64,000 nucleotides of DNA. Source: Vicugna vicugna (Eukaryota). Location of the stretch: NCBI GenBank assembly GCA_013265495.1, contig MU058636.1, forward strand, positions 6,545,741 through 6,609,740. Direction: 5' to 3'. Of the stretch, positions 1 to 10,855 are shown in pieces. Position 1 is the first letter of the stretch. The number at the start of each line of letters is the position of its first letter. The translations under genes were made by a program, and so were the position numbers. Under the pieces are notes generated by a model that saw only the letters and a list, made by a program, of their open reading frames with translations, ran no database searches and was not told the DNA's origin.

Positions 1-725
1 TAGCTTTGCCTTTTACATATGGTAGAAATGGGAAAGAATGCCAACAATTATGCCTTGAAAACTGCAACCCCAAAATGTTATGTTAAAGAAATTACTATTT
101 ACAAAATACCATAAATAAACTAAATAATTGTATTTCTATTTATAAATGATTAAATGTGGGTCAGAAAGAAGGCATTCATAATGAATATTCACAGATCGCA
201 AACCAATCTGTTGTCAGGTAAAAACAGAGCTCAAAGTCTGAATCTCTAATCTCTTCCAGGTTACTATATTTAATGTACTTATGAAAATGAGTCAATCTCT
301 CCCACATGTTTGATACAGAATTCCTTAAATGTAAAAAGAATTAGAACTCTTTCTAAATAACAAAATTAGTAGAACTTGAGAGTTAAAAACACTTTTATTT
401 AATATATTAAATATGTATTAACCAAACCAAGAGTAGCTTTACTTCCCTGTTTTACCCAGATTTCATTCAGAGCTAAAATTTGTTAATAATTCTTCATCCC
501 AATAGTTTCAATAGTTTTCAATGTGCTTTAAGCAATAAGAAATTAATTTGAGATAGACATGTTAATGGAAGATCTAACTGAAAGGGGCCTTTTTCTAGAA
601 CATCTTTCAGATCTATGGCTTTGAAACTTCTTTGATGTTTAAATAATGACTTAGTATATACATACATGAATAAGTTTTACATATATACATATTGCATATT
701 ACATACATATATACAATATAATGTA

Positions 726-859
726 CAGTTGGCCCCCCATACCCATGGGTTCCATACCTGCGAATATAGATAGCCAACTGTGAGGGCTTTGAGTATTCAT
801 GGTTCTGGTATCCACAGGGGTCCTGTAGCCAATCCTCTGTGGATACAAAGGGACAAGTG
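726..859. mobile_element. Internally deleted MER2-like (TcMar-Tigger) MITE
   Basis: Starts TA|CAGTTGGCCCCCCATACCCATGGGTTCC and ends GGTATCCACAGGGGTCCTGTAGCCAATCC...GGATACAAAGGGACAAGTG. These are imperfect terminal inverted repeats resembling the MER2 ends. Confidence 0.75.
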
Positions 860-999
860 TGTGTGTGTGTATGTATATGTGTGCATGTGTGTATCCATAC
901 ACATATGTGAAACAGAAGTTGTACAAAACATTACTTATCCCATCTATATCCAATATTGTCTGCTATTTTTACTACTTTTCCTGTTCTATTTTCTTTTTT

Positions 1000-1078
1000 A
1001 AACAACGCTGGTCACAACCCACTAAACTGATTTCACAAGCCACAAATGAGTTCCAATCTGTAATTTGAAAAACACTGC
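1000..1078 (-). mobile_element. hAT-Charlie DNA transposon terminal fragment (Charlie4-like)
   Basis: GGTCACAACCCACTAAACTGATTTCAC...TTTGAAAAACACTG is the reverse complement of a CAGTGTTTTTCAAA-type Charlie end. Confidence 0.6.
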
Positions 1079-1764
1079 ACTAGCCCAATTAAACACTATA
1101 CTTTACTTCAGTTTTCTTCAATTAATTTGATACACCTAGAGACAGACTGTGTCATTTATGAAGTGCCAGCCAAGACTATGACTTATATCGGTCTACCCAC
1201 CCATAAATGTTCTTCCCAGTAACCCACGCAGCCTTTCTCTATAAATTAGCATGGTTGGTGTCACTATAAATCTCGAAGGCATTTCCTTTATCTGCAGAAA
1301 GTATCTATTTTCAAATGGAGAAAAGAATCCCCACCAAAAAACAAACTAAATCACACAGTAAATCTAACAGAAAGTGATTAATGGGATTGGTGGTCAGCAA
1401 ACCCAGCTTACTTCCCTCAAGAAGTGCGACTAGGACCTCAAATTCATCTTCATTAATATGTCACCACTTAGTGCCGTGTTCTAGAGATACATTTGCTAGT
1501 TAATAATTAATCAGAAAAGTCTCTAGTGATAGTGGCAGAAGGGAGAATGAATGGGTAGATTTGCCCTGCATAGAGATAGATTTCCAACAGTGACACCAGA
1601 GCATAACGCCTTAAAGACGTAAGAACAATGGCCTTTACGAAATCTGGATAAAATGATAGATTTTTAAAGATACAGTCCTCTTTGGAACAACAAGTTTAGT
1701 CTCACCACACCAATAATGTTCACTATTCCATGGCACCTCCCCTCTGGTTCCTATGTCCCTAAAC

Positions 1765-1960
1765 TATCCCTATCACATAATACCCTGACTTATCCTTCAG
1801 AGTGCTCATCCTGCCTGTAATTAATTACTCGATCATTATTTGCTTCATGCCTGCCATCTCCCTTAGACTGGCTAAGTCAATATGGATTCCACAATGCCTA
1901 GCCCAGTGTGTAACACACCAACAGAACTCAGCAAATACTCATTGAATGAACCAGTGAATG
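1765..1960 (+). mobile_element. L2 LINE 3' end
   Basis: CCACAATGCCTAGCCCAGTG...CTCAGCAAATACTCATTGAATGAA is a typical L2 3' terminus. Confidence 0.75.
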
Positions 1961-2229
1961 GATGGACAAAAGTGAGTAAATATATTAGAATGTACATTAT
2001 CACATTTTTCTGCTTTCAGATGAGGTAGAGACTAACAGCACCAAAGGCACACTCTCTGTGCGTTTGCTGAAAAGCGTGTTCCTGTTCCTCTGACTCACCA
2101 GAGCCAAGAACTCCAGTTCTGTTTAGCATTCCCCCCTTGTATCCCATTTATCTGATGTTTATTGGGTTCCTGCCACAGGCCAGAAGCTACAGTATCTCTC
2201 TGATCCTCCTGTTCTTCTCCATTCCTTGT

Positions 2230-2792
2230 GCCACAGCCTCGCCATTTCTTCCATAGATCATTGCAGTAAACCTTCCCTGCAACCTGCCTCCAATAGTGAC
2301 CCCTCCAATCTATTCTACACATGTAATCTTCCTGAAACATACGCTATTCCCTTGCTCAAAATCCTCAAAGCCAAACTCCTAAGTCTGGCATACAAGGCCC
2401 TTCCTTTTTTCCTAGATTTATCTCCCTGACATCAACTCTATACTCTACTTACATAGCAAAAAGTTGATAACACTTTGCTGAATGCCCCTCTCTGTTTCAT
2501 CACTCCATAACTTTGAACATTCTGTTCCTTCTTGAAATATTTCAAGCCAATAACAGCATCTATTAAATGTTCCTGTTATTTTAACTTGAAATATCCTTTC
2601 CATTTTCTTCACCTGACATGCTTCTATTCATTCTTAAAGATCTAGTGCAAATGATACCTTTTCTATGAAATCTTTCTTGGTCCAATGACCCTTCTCAGCC
2701 AATTACTCTTGTAGGCCATTTTGCTTTTTTTGTGCTCCTCACTCTGTATTTCAAGCCAATAACAGCATCTATTAAATGTTCCTGTTATTTTA
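2230..2792 (+). mobile_element. L2 LINE fragment, interrupted by an L1 and resuming at about 3611-3750
   Basis: CCCTTGCTCAAAATCCTC, AAAGCCAAACTCCTAAGTCTGGCATACAAGGCCCTT and TCTATTCATTCTTAAAGATCTAG are L2 3'-region motifs. Confidence 0.75.
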
Positions 2793-3610
2793 TTACTAAT
2801 CATCAGAAAAATGCAAACAAAACCACAATGAGATATCACCTCACACCAGTCAGAATGGCTATTATCAAAAAGAACACAAATAACAAATGTTGGTGAGGAT
2901 GTGGAGAAAAGAGAACCCTTGTATACTGTTGGTGGGGATGTAAGTTGGTTCAGCCACTGTGGAAAACAGTGTGGAGGTTTCTCAAAAAACTAAAAATAGA
3001 ATTACCATATGACCCAGCAAGTCCACTCATGGGTATATATCTGAAAAAAAAAGTAAACAAAAACACTAATTTGACAAGATAGATGCACCTCAATGTTCAT
3101 AGCAGCATTATTTACAATTGCCAAGATATGGAAGCATCCATTGTCCTTCAACAGATGATAGGATAAAGAAGATGTAATATATACATTCGATGAAATACTA
3201 CTCAGCCATAAAAAAGACTAAAATTTTGCCATTTGCAGCAACATGGATGGACTTGGAGGGCATGATCCTAAGTGAAATAAGTCAGACAAAGAAACATAAA
3301 CACTGTATGACATCATTACATGTAGAATCTAAAAAATACAACAAACTAGTGAATATAATAAAAAAGAAGCAGATTCACAGATATGGAGAACAAACTAGTG
3401 GTTACCAGTAGAAGGGTGGAGTGGGGCAAAATAGGGGTGAGGGAGTGGGAGGTACAAACCACTGGGCATAAGATAGCTCAAGAACGTTTTGTACAACACG
3501 GGGAATACAGCCAATATTTTGCAACGACATAAATGGAAAGTAACCTTTAAAAATTGTGTAAAATTTCTTTAAATAATACTAAACTTTTTAAAAATAACAA
3601 AAATAAATAC
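2793..3610 (+). mobile_element. 5'-truncated L1 (end of ORF2, 3' UTR, A-rich tail)
   Basis: CAATGAGATATCACCTCACACCAGTCAGAATGGC is present. ORF 3190-3411 (YYSAIKK..ILPFAATWMDLEGMILSEISQ) matches the L1 ORF2 C-terminus. A G-rich 3' UTR and A-rich end follow. Confidence 0.95.
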
Positions 3611-3755
3611 ATTTTACAGTTATTGTTTATTTACATGCCTATTTTCCCCCTTCCACAAGACCTCAAAACCTTTCAGGATGAACATCAGTGAGCGAGAATG
3701 AAGATCTGGGCATAAATCCATTTTCTATCTACAATACCTATCACAGATGTTATCT

Positions 3756-4325
3756 GTCAGAGTCCATAGTTTCTGGACACATAATCTAATTTAGCTACTT
3801 CATGCAAAAAGGGAATTATTACAACATGTAGAGCAAATAACACAGTTTCTAGGAGAGGCAGGTTGTTGGATGTTACTCAACCGGCAGTGGAACACGTGGT
3901 CCCTGTAAGGAGCTGTCCTAGCTGAAATCTCACTCTCACTGCCCTGGGCCAATGACATGACCAGTGGCTCCTTTATCAAAGCTTTCCCAGGAGACGCAGA
4001 CACTGAACCACCATACTTACCAGAAGCTCTATCTCCCTGCATATTCACACCAACCAATCACTATTCACTTCTCCCTTCCAAGTCTCACCCCCAAAAGGAT
4101 GATACTCTGCACAGCTCCAGAGGGTGCCATGACATGACAAAGAGCCTGGAAGCCATACGCTGAGGCACTCTTCACACAGACTATAGATGCTGAGACAACA
4201 GAGCTCATCTGTGGAATCCTGGCTGCAAAGGAGTCTGGGGAATGTAGTTTTAACTCTCCTGCCTCAATAGTTCAGGAAGCCATCCCATAAAGGGGCTGCA
4301 GTGGGTGGTGAGGGAGCCACTTTGC
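3756..4325 (-). mobile_element. Old MaLR LTR (MLT1K/L-like)
   Basis: CTGGCTGCAAAGGAGTCTGGGGAATGTAGTTT and AAAAAGGGAATTATTAC are motifs of old MLT1 LTRs. Confidence 0.6.
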
Positions 4326-5164
4326 AGTTCCTCTCCCATAAATGCCTCATAAATGATGAGGAGGAATGAACCAACAGAAGGAAGAAATATAAAGATCACA
4401 ATTATCATCTTAACTCCTCCATAGTTTGTTGTTTAAATAATTCAAATTTAGCTATAATTAACAAGGCATATCGTTATTCCTTCAAAACTATTTATTCTTT
4501 TCAGGCAAGTATTTATTTTGCTCTGTCTTTAGTACATCATCGGCTTCTAAATTTTTCCAGTGTTCATACTATTTAGGTGTTTCTCTCAGTTTAGTTTGTG
4601 ATTTGAAATATATTCCATTCCTTTTCATTTGTGCAGGAACATGAATCCTCTGATTATAACAACACATATTGACTCTTGACTAACGGCAGCAATAAAAGTT
4701 TCTTTCAAATGTGAAACCATAATTCCAAGTTATTTCTGTCAGAACTGATAAATTGAACATAATTTTGATTTTTTTTGTACTTGGAATTTTATAGCACATT
4801 GATGGCAATTAAGTTATCTATTTTAGGCATATTATGTATAGAACTCTATTGTAAAAATTCACAGTCTAAATGGAATCAGTTTTTTACCTGTGTTTTAGCT
4901 TTTGTTTCCCAAAGATCAAGCCTCAGATTAGCAATCTTCTAGTGCATTTCCAAAGCGTGACTATTAGGTACCCAGACTGAGTTTTTAAAGATAAAATTAT
5001 GCCTAGTGGTAGGACTCACACGATCCCAGTTCAGCCACTGACTCACTGAATGATGCAGGTGAACTATGTAAGATAAAGCACTTGGTTTAGTACAGCAAGT
5101 GAACTATAAGAAGTGTTAGAGGTTAGGCGTAAAAAAACTCTGGTAGAAGAGATAATACCTGATA

Positions 5165-5260
5165 ATTTTTAAGTGTTTCTCTCATTAAATCATGTTCACA
5201 CTTCTGGGAAATAATCAGGTATCATCTCCATTTTGAAGATGAGAAAACTGAATTTAAATC
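5165..5260 (-). mobile_element. MIR fragment
   Basis: MIR core ATCATCTCCATTTTGAAGATGAGAAAACTGA. Confidence 0.7.
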
Positions 5261-5282
5261 ATTGAAAAAAAAAAATATATAT

Positions 5283-5855
5283 ATATGTTGAGCACCTACT
5301 ACAGGCCAGGTACTGAGTTAGGTGTGATAGTTACAGTTACAGTATCTCTAGACAGTGTAGAGATAGTGTAATTAGAGTGTAATAAATGCCATGATAGAAG
5401 AGTACAGAGTAGAACAGGGGCATTAAGGTAGAAAAGATGTACAAAAGCAGCTCTTAGGGCAGACTTCCACAGAAAGTAAAAGGAGCATCTTAACCAGTGC
5501 CAATTTTACCGCCATCCCCACCTCTGGGACACTTTCCAATGTCTGGAGACATTTTCGATTGTCCCATTTTTTAGAGGCAGTAGTGGGGGTGCTACTGGCT
5601 TCTAGAGACTAAAAGCCAGGGATGCTTCTAAAACTCTTTACAAGTCTCACCCACAGGACAGTCCCCCCCAAAAAAGGTTATTCAGTGCAAAATGTCAACC
5701 ATGCTGCAGTTGAGAAAGCTTGATCTAGGCTGAGCTGCTGTATGACTAGGAGTTGGCTAGGTGCAGGGATGAGGGGAGGATGCAGCAGGGATGGAGGAAT
5801 GACAGAGGACAGTGTTCCAGAGAGTGAGAACCACATCTGTGAAGGCTCTCCACAC
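5283..5855 (-). mobile_element. L2 fragment split by MER20
   Basis: TGTTGAGCACCTACTACAGGCCAGGTACTG and AATAAATGCCATGATAGA, resuming as GTGTTCCAGAGAGTGAGAAC after the MER20. Confidence 0.65.
5482..5723 (+). mobile_element. MER20 (hAT-Charlie MITE)
   Basis: CAATGTCTGGAGACATTTT, GTGCTACTGGC, GCCAGGGATGCT, CAGGACAGTCCCC and CAAAATGTCAA...GTTGAGAAA. Confidence 0.9.
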
Positions 5856-5871
5856 TGCCTGATTCATCAAG

Positions 5872-6412
5872 TTTTTTTAATTGTCGTAAAACATACATAA
5901 CATAAAATTTACCATTTTAGCCACTTTTAAGTGTACAGTTCAGTGACATTAAGTATTTTCACATGTCATGTAATGATCACTACCATCCATCTCTGGAATT
6001 TTTAATTCATTACAAACTATAACTCTGTACTCATTAAACAACAACTCCCTATTTCCCCCACTCCCCAGCCCCTGGCAACCATCATTCTACACTCTGTCGG
6101 TATGGATTTGACTGCTCTAGGAACCTCATATACATGGAATCATACAGTATTTGCTCTTTTGTGTCTGCCTTATTTCATTTAGCACTTATTTCGAGGTCCA
6201 TCCATGTTGTAGCATGTGTCAGAGTTTCCTTCCTTTTAAGAGCTGAATAATATTCCATTGTATGTATAGGCCACATTTTGTTTATCCATGCATTGATGGA
6301 CACTTGAATTGTTTCACCTTTTGGCTACTGTGAATAATGCTGCTATGCACATGGGCGTACGAGTATCTGTTCAAGTCCCTGCATTCAATTCTTTTGGGTA
6401 TATCGCTGGAAT
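5872..6412 (-). mobile_element. L1 3' UTR and ORF2 end (L1MB-like)
   Basis: Poly-T followed by CATAACATAAAATTTACCATTTTAGCCACTTTTAAGTGTACAGTTCAGTG and GCTGAATAATATTCCATTGTATG. Confidence 0.92.
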
Positions 6413-6715
6413 TCATTCACTAACCATTTGAGGTACCAACTAATTTTTCTAGTGCTTGGTATATGGTATAAAACAATATCCAAGATCGTCCTATCATGAA
6501 ACTTACATTCTAGTGAAGGAAACATGCATGAACCAGGTCATTTCAGAGAGTCCTATCAAGAAAATAAAAGGAGATGATGTGGAGTTGAATACGACTGGAA
6601 CTTAGGAAGGGAGTGGTAGGAGAGGCCTTTAAGGACACTTTATTTCATTTTACGGGCAATGAAAAGTTCAGAGAAGTTCAACGAATTGCCCAAGGTCTTA
6701 CAGCTAATAAATCCT
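6413..6715 (-). mobile_element. L2 3' fragment followed by MIR fragment
   Basis: TTCATTCAC...CATGAAACTTACATTCTAGTG (L2), then TTCATTTTACGGGCAATGAAAAG...TTGCCCAAGGTCTTACAGCTA (MIR). Confidence 0.65.
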
Positions 6716-8014
6716 ACAGGCCAGGCTGGAACCAGTATCACAGTCTATCCTTACTATATGGGTTTACTTTGGCGCTGCAAAACTGGATACAGGTCCATGT
6801 TTATCAAATACAGCAAGCTGCCCCCTACCAATCAGACATCTGATCTTTCCATCTGCTTTCATGATTCTTCCCAGAGTCAACTCCATGAATAGTAAGAGGA
6901 CAATTGAATGTTCCACTTACCCACATTCATTCTACACCCAGCCTTGCTGCTGGTATTCCTATTCACTTTATTAAAGAGATCTGCTGCAAGTGCCAGATAA
7001 AACAGTATTGATTCTAACAAGAAATGCCATACTTCCCTATAGCCAGCTTTAGAATAAACAACTTCATTCAGTTTCAAAAAATGCACGTATGACCTGAGTA
7101 AGTAATATTTGACAAAACAGAGCAGCGTTCTGCCAAACAATAAGAACACTGTTTCTTCTAAAACTTGCTTTCACTCAAGGTCACGCGCAGCTTACATAAA
7201 TATTACATGAAACCTGTTTTGCAAGGAATCACTGTCCACGATGATTTATAGAGAAAGCAGCGCACCGGCAGAGTCTACCTTTTCAAATATCACAAGCTTT
7301 TATTTTCTAGTAAGAGGAAGAAAGTGACTCTTTCTCGTTAGGTAAATGGAGCTATTCTTTCATGTAGGATTAAGACTCGAACCCAGTTTGTGTGTGCAGT
7401 GAAGATTTATCAAAGGCTCTTTGTGTCAAGTGTGTTGCAATCCACTTTAAAATCCAGACCTCATCGGCTGGAAGAGCAAAAGTAAGTTACGACACAAAGT
7501 TTGTATCAGGAAAAGACGGAGAGTATTTTTTATTCTCATAATCTTTCGGTACAATGTAAGCTATTACAGAATTAAATAGTGAGTAGATATTCTTGGCCCT
7601 AAAGTATTTTAGAAAAAGAGGCCAATTTTGCTGAATATATTTGCTCTGTCAACAAACAGTTGCTGAACAACTATTATGTGTAAGGCACTTTAATAGGTGC
7701 TATTAAAATTGTTATATGTCATTGTGAAGCAAAACAGCTTCCAACATACATTAGCTGATTGGTCTGGTAAAATTAAAAAATTCCCCATGTAAAAAGATTT
7801 AGCATGCTTTAGAGAAGCTTCACCTTATTATTAAAAATCTCCTAATTACTGCCAGGGGACCTCTTATTTTTATTGTTTAAAATTGACCTCAGATATAACA
7901 CCTTGTAAATATGTTACTTAATATAATACTTCAAGAAGTGACAAAGGACTTTTCACTGCCTGGATTTTCACAGAATCTCCTTCTACCTCTCTTATACATT
8001 CCTTAGTTTCCTTT

Positions 8015-8290
8015 TTATTAATTCAATATTCAACCCATTTTTATTAAGTGTCAGGCACTGTGCTTGACACTGAGGATACAAAGATGAAGAAGAAAGAAAA
8101 AGCTTGTTCTTTTGTGAAGCTGACAGTCTGGTTGGGGAGACAAGTAAATAACATGAAGTTTATAGGCATCAGGAGAAGGCAAATAGAGGTTACCACAGGG
8201 CACATGGTAGAGGCATCAACAGCAACACAGGGTGGAGAGCTGGAAAAGGGGAAATGATAGGAAAAACATCCCAGAGGAAGACACATGGAT
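8015..8290 (-). mobile_element. L2 3' fragment
   Basis: GTGTCAGGCACTGTGCTTGACACTGAGGATACAAAGATGAA...GAAGCTGACAGTCTGGTTGGGGAGACA. Confidence 0.8.
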
Positions 8291-8858
8291 CTCACCCATG
8301 AAGAACTCCTCCACAGTCTCACCATTACCAGAGGAAGAACTCAGATTTTCAACCTAAATTTTGAACCCTGTTCTATGAGACTCCTTTAAGTCATTCTGAT
8401 AGGCGCTCCATTAGCCCCAGAGGGTTCATTCTTGAATTGGTCTTCACGACTCGATGGGCCTGAGGAGGCAGGGATTGTGCCTCCCAAGCTGTAATGATAT
8501 CTCCAATACTCTTAAGTTTTTGTTGCCTTGGTTTTAGGAATGAATTTCAGTTTCTAGTGAGACTGAACTCCAACTGGTTTGTCCAGGACCCTAGCCCTCT
8601 GCCCAGCTCTCATCACACTCTCCCACTCTCATGTCCATCCTTCCCAAAGATCAGTGTCTAGTTCTCTACTACTCCCCTTACCAGATGGGTACATGCTCCA
8701 ATTCAGATAGAAGTCAGAAGAGTTGTCTAGTCTCACCTTTCAAATTGGACACCCCCAGAAAACAAACAGCGTTTCACAAGGAAAGCAGCCAGCCACATCC
8801 CCATGAAAGCTGTGAGTCAGCAGGCACTGTTAGTTGCCTCTCACTTGGGGCGAGGACA

Positions 8859-9170
8859 AGTATCAGTAAGTGTTCTTTGGTTGCAACCAACAGCAATCAT
8901 TTTGAGCTTCTTTAATGGGAGAAGAAAAAAAATCCATGGGAAAGAAATTAAGTAGCTCACAGAGCTAAAGGAAAATCTAAAGAACCAAAGTTCAGAAAGG
9001 CCAGCAGGATTTTGGGGCAGCAGGAAGGAAGGAACCATCACGAAGCAGGCTGGGGCGGGGCAGAGAGAAACAATCTTCCGTGAATCGTATGGTTTTGCTT
9101 CTAGGTCCACCTACTAGATGCACCTTGAAAGAAGGGGGCTCCACAATACTCTTCCTTCAGTCCAGCCTAA
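8859..9170 (-). mobile_element. Old MaLR LTR fragment (MLT1K/L-like)
   Basis: TATCAGTAAGTGTTCTTTGGTTGCAACCAACAG...GTAGCTCACAGAGCTAAAGG. Confidence 0.55.
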
Positions 9171-9189
9171 TTCAATAGTCTAGGGAGCA

Positions 9190-9320
9190 ACACTATGCAC
9201 TTGTTAAGATAGTGTGTCTATGTTGTTCACTGCCATATCTCCAGTGGTAGGCACAATGCCTGAAATGAAAGAGATGCTTGGTAAATACTTCATGAATGAA
9301 TTGATGACTAGATAGGTGGA
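9190..9320 (+). mobile_element. L2 3' terminus
   Basis: TTGTTCACTGCCATATCTCCAGTG...GGCACAATGCCTG...GTAAATACTTCATGAATGAA. Confidence 0.75.
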
Positions 9321-10699
9321 TGGAAGAGTAAGGAATTTACGACATTTTATTTATAGTCAATATTAATGGTTTTCCCACATAAAGTTTTCTTGCACATATA
9401 TAGTGGTTTCATACTTAGCTTTTGATCAAACTGCAATTCAGAACCAAAGGAAATCTCATAAGGGTATTTTTACTGGGACTAAAATGAAATAAATGTTATA
9501 TGTCATCTATAGATATTATAACCACCTAAAGTTCCCCAATGTACAAGAATAAATACCCTTCTTTATCATGTGCTGGCTTAGTATGAGAAATATTTTAGTA
9601 CTAAGTTCTCCCATGAGCCAGAAGTCTGTTGGAGTAGTCTCAGGGTATATCCTGCTCTCTTTTCTCCAAGAAGTTACTCCAGTTGAAGTGTGAATTCAAG
9701 TCACATGACTCTTCGTGTTGTCTTCCGCTTATCTGATTCAACATCTTCAACTTGGAGGTGCTCTCTTTTGGATCATGAGGGTACCTATTATACCTCTTGG
9801 ATTGGTCAAGAGGGCCCAGACCTCCCTTGTAATGTATCAAACATCTGTCTATACAACCAGCGGCCACAGCTGTTACTACAAGATTTCAGATCAGTGATGT
9901 CCTTTTTTAACGCCCTACTCTCCACCTTTCCAGACAATCTTTGCACACACAGAAACTCATCCCCAAAGAAGAGTTTAGGTCTTATTTGATATCCTCAGCT
10001 CTTAGCATGGTGTCTGTTGAAGGAATAAACACATGATTAACTAATGAACAAATACTAAATTATTCTAACACAGTGACCCACCCTAGTCATTGCAATTCAA
10101 TGTCTGCTCCATACTGCAGGAGAGGCAGCAACACTGAATCTTTATCTCTATGTCTACCCTATCTTCAAAATATAGTGAAGCATTGTTTCCCTGAAGAATG
10201 AGCTAGGCACCCTAATTGTCCTCCTAGCCATATTTACTCCCACTAAGCAGAAAAATCAAATCACTTAGGGAATCTCACTGTCTAGCATTGACTGTTTATT
10301 TTCAACTAAGAGAAGGCAAATACATTCATTGCTTCTCCCAAACTCTACAACTTCTAGAAGGCTATTTTCAATTTTCCTGGAGCTGTTCCTTACCAAAATC
10401 TTTATGGCATCTCTTGTACACAATTCCTCTTTTCAGAATTTTCTTCTACAGCCTACATTAAGTTTAAAATGCTTTTAACTAAATGCCTGGAGAAGTGGGT
10501 GAGTACAAGGCTTGGAGATTGTGTCTAGCACTATTTCTTTGTCATAGTTACAGATTTTCTTTGCTTTTGTTAAATATTAAAATCAAAATTAGCATTACTC
10601 AGCCCTAAATTGTGAAATAATTAAAAGGATCTACTTGCTATTTAGTTCAAACATGGACAAAATTCAGTACTCTTCCTACAGACGTAAAATACCAGAGGA

Positions 10700-10855
10700 C
10701 CAGATTATAAGTCAGTGAAGACTGACTCTGTTCTAATAACCAATTTGCTTTGATTTTGGGCAAAGCACATAACTTCTCTCTCAGCTTTTTTCATATTGAA
10801 AATAAGGCATTTTCTTCCTAACTGACAAAGAACTGTGGTGATTGGTGAGATGATG
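10700..10855 (+). mobile_element. MIR fragment
   Basis: TGATTTTGGGCAAAGCACATAACTTCTCTCTCAGCTTTTTTCAT. Confidence 0.6.

Noticed and set aside
6877..7149. ORF segment FYLALAADLFNKVN resembling the hAT transposase LAYLADIF..LN motif
   Set aside because: Only a short partial resemblance, with no other transposase motifs or TIRs nearby. A translated HMM search would settle it.
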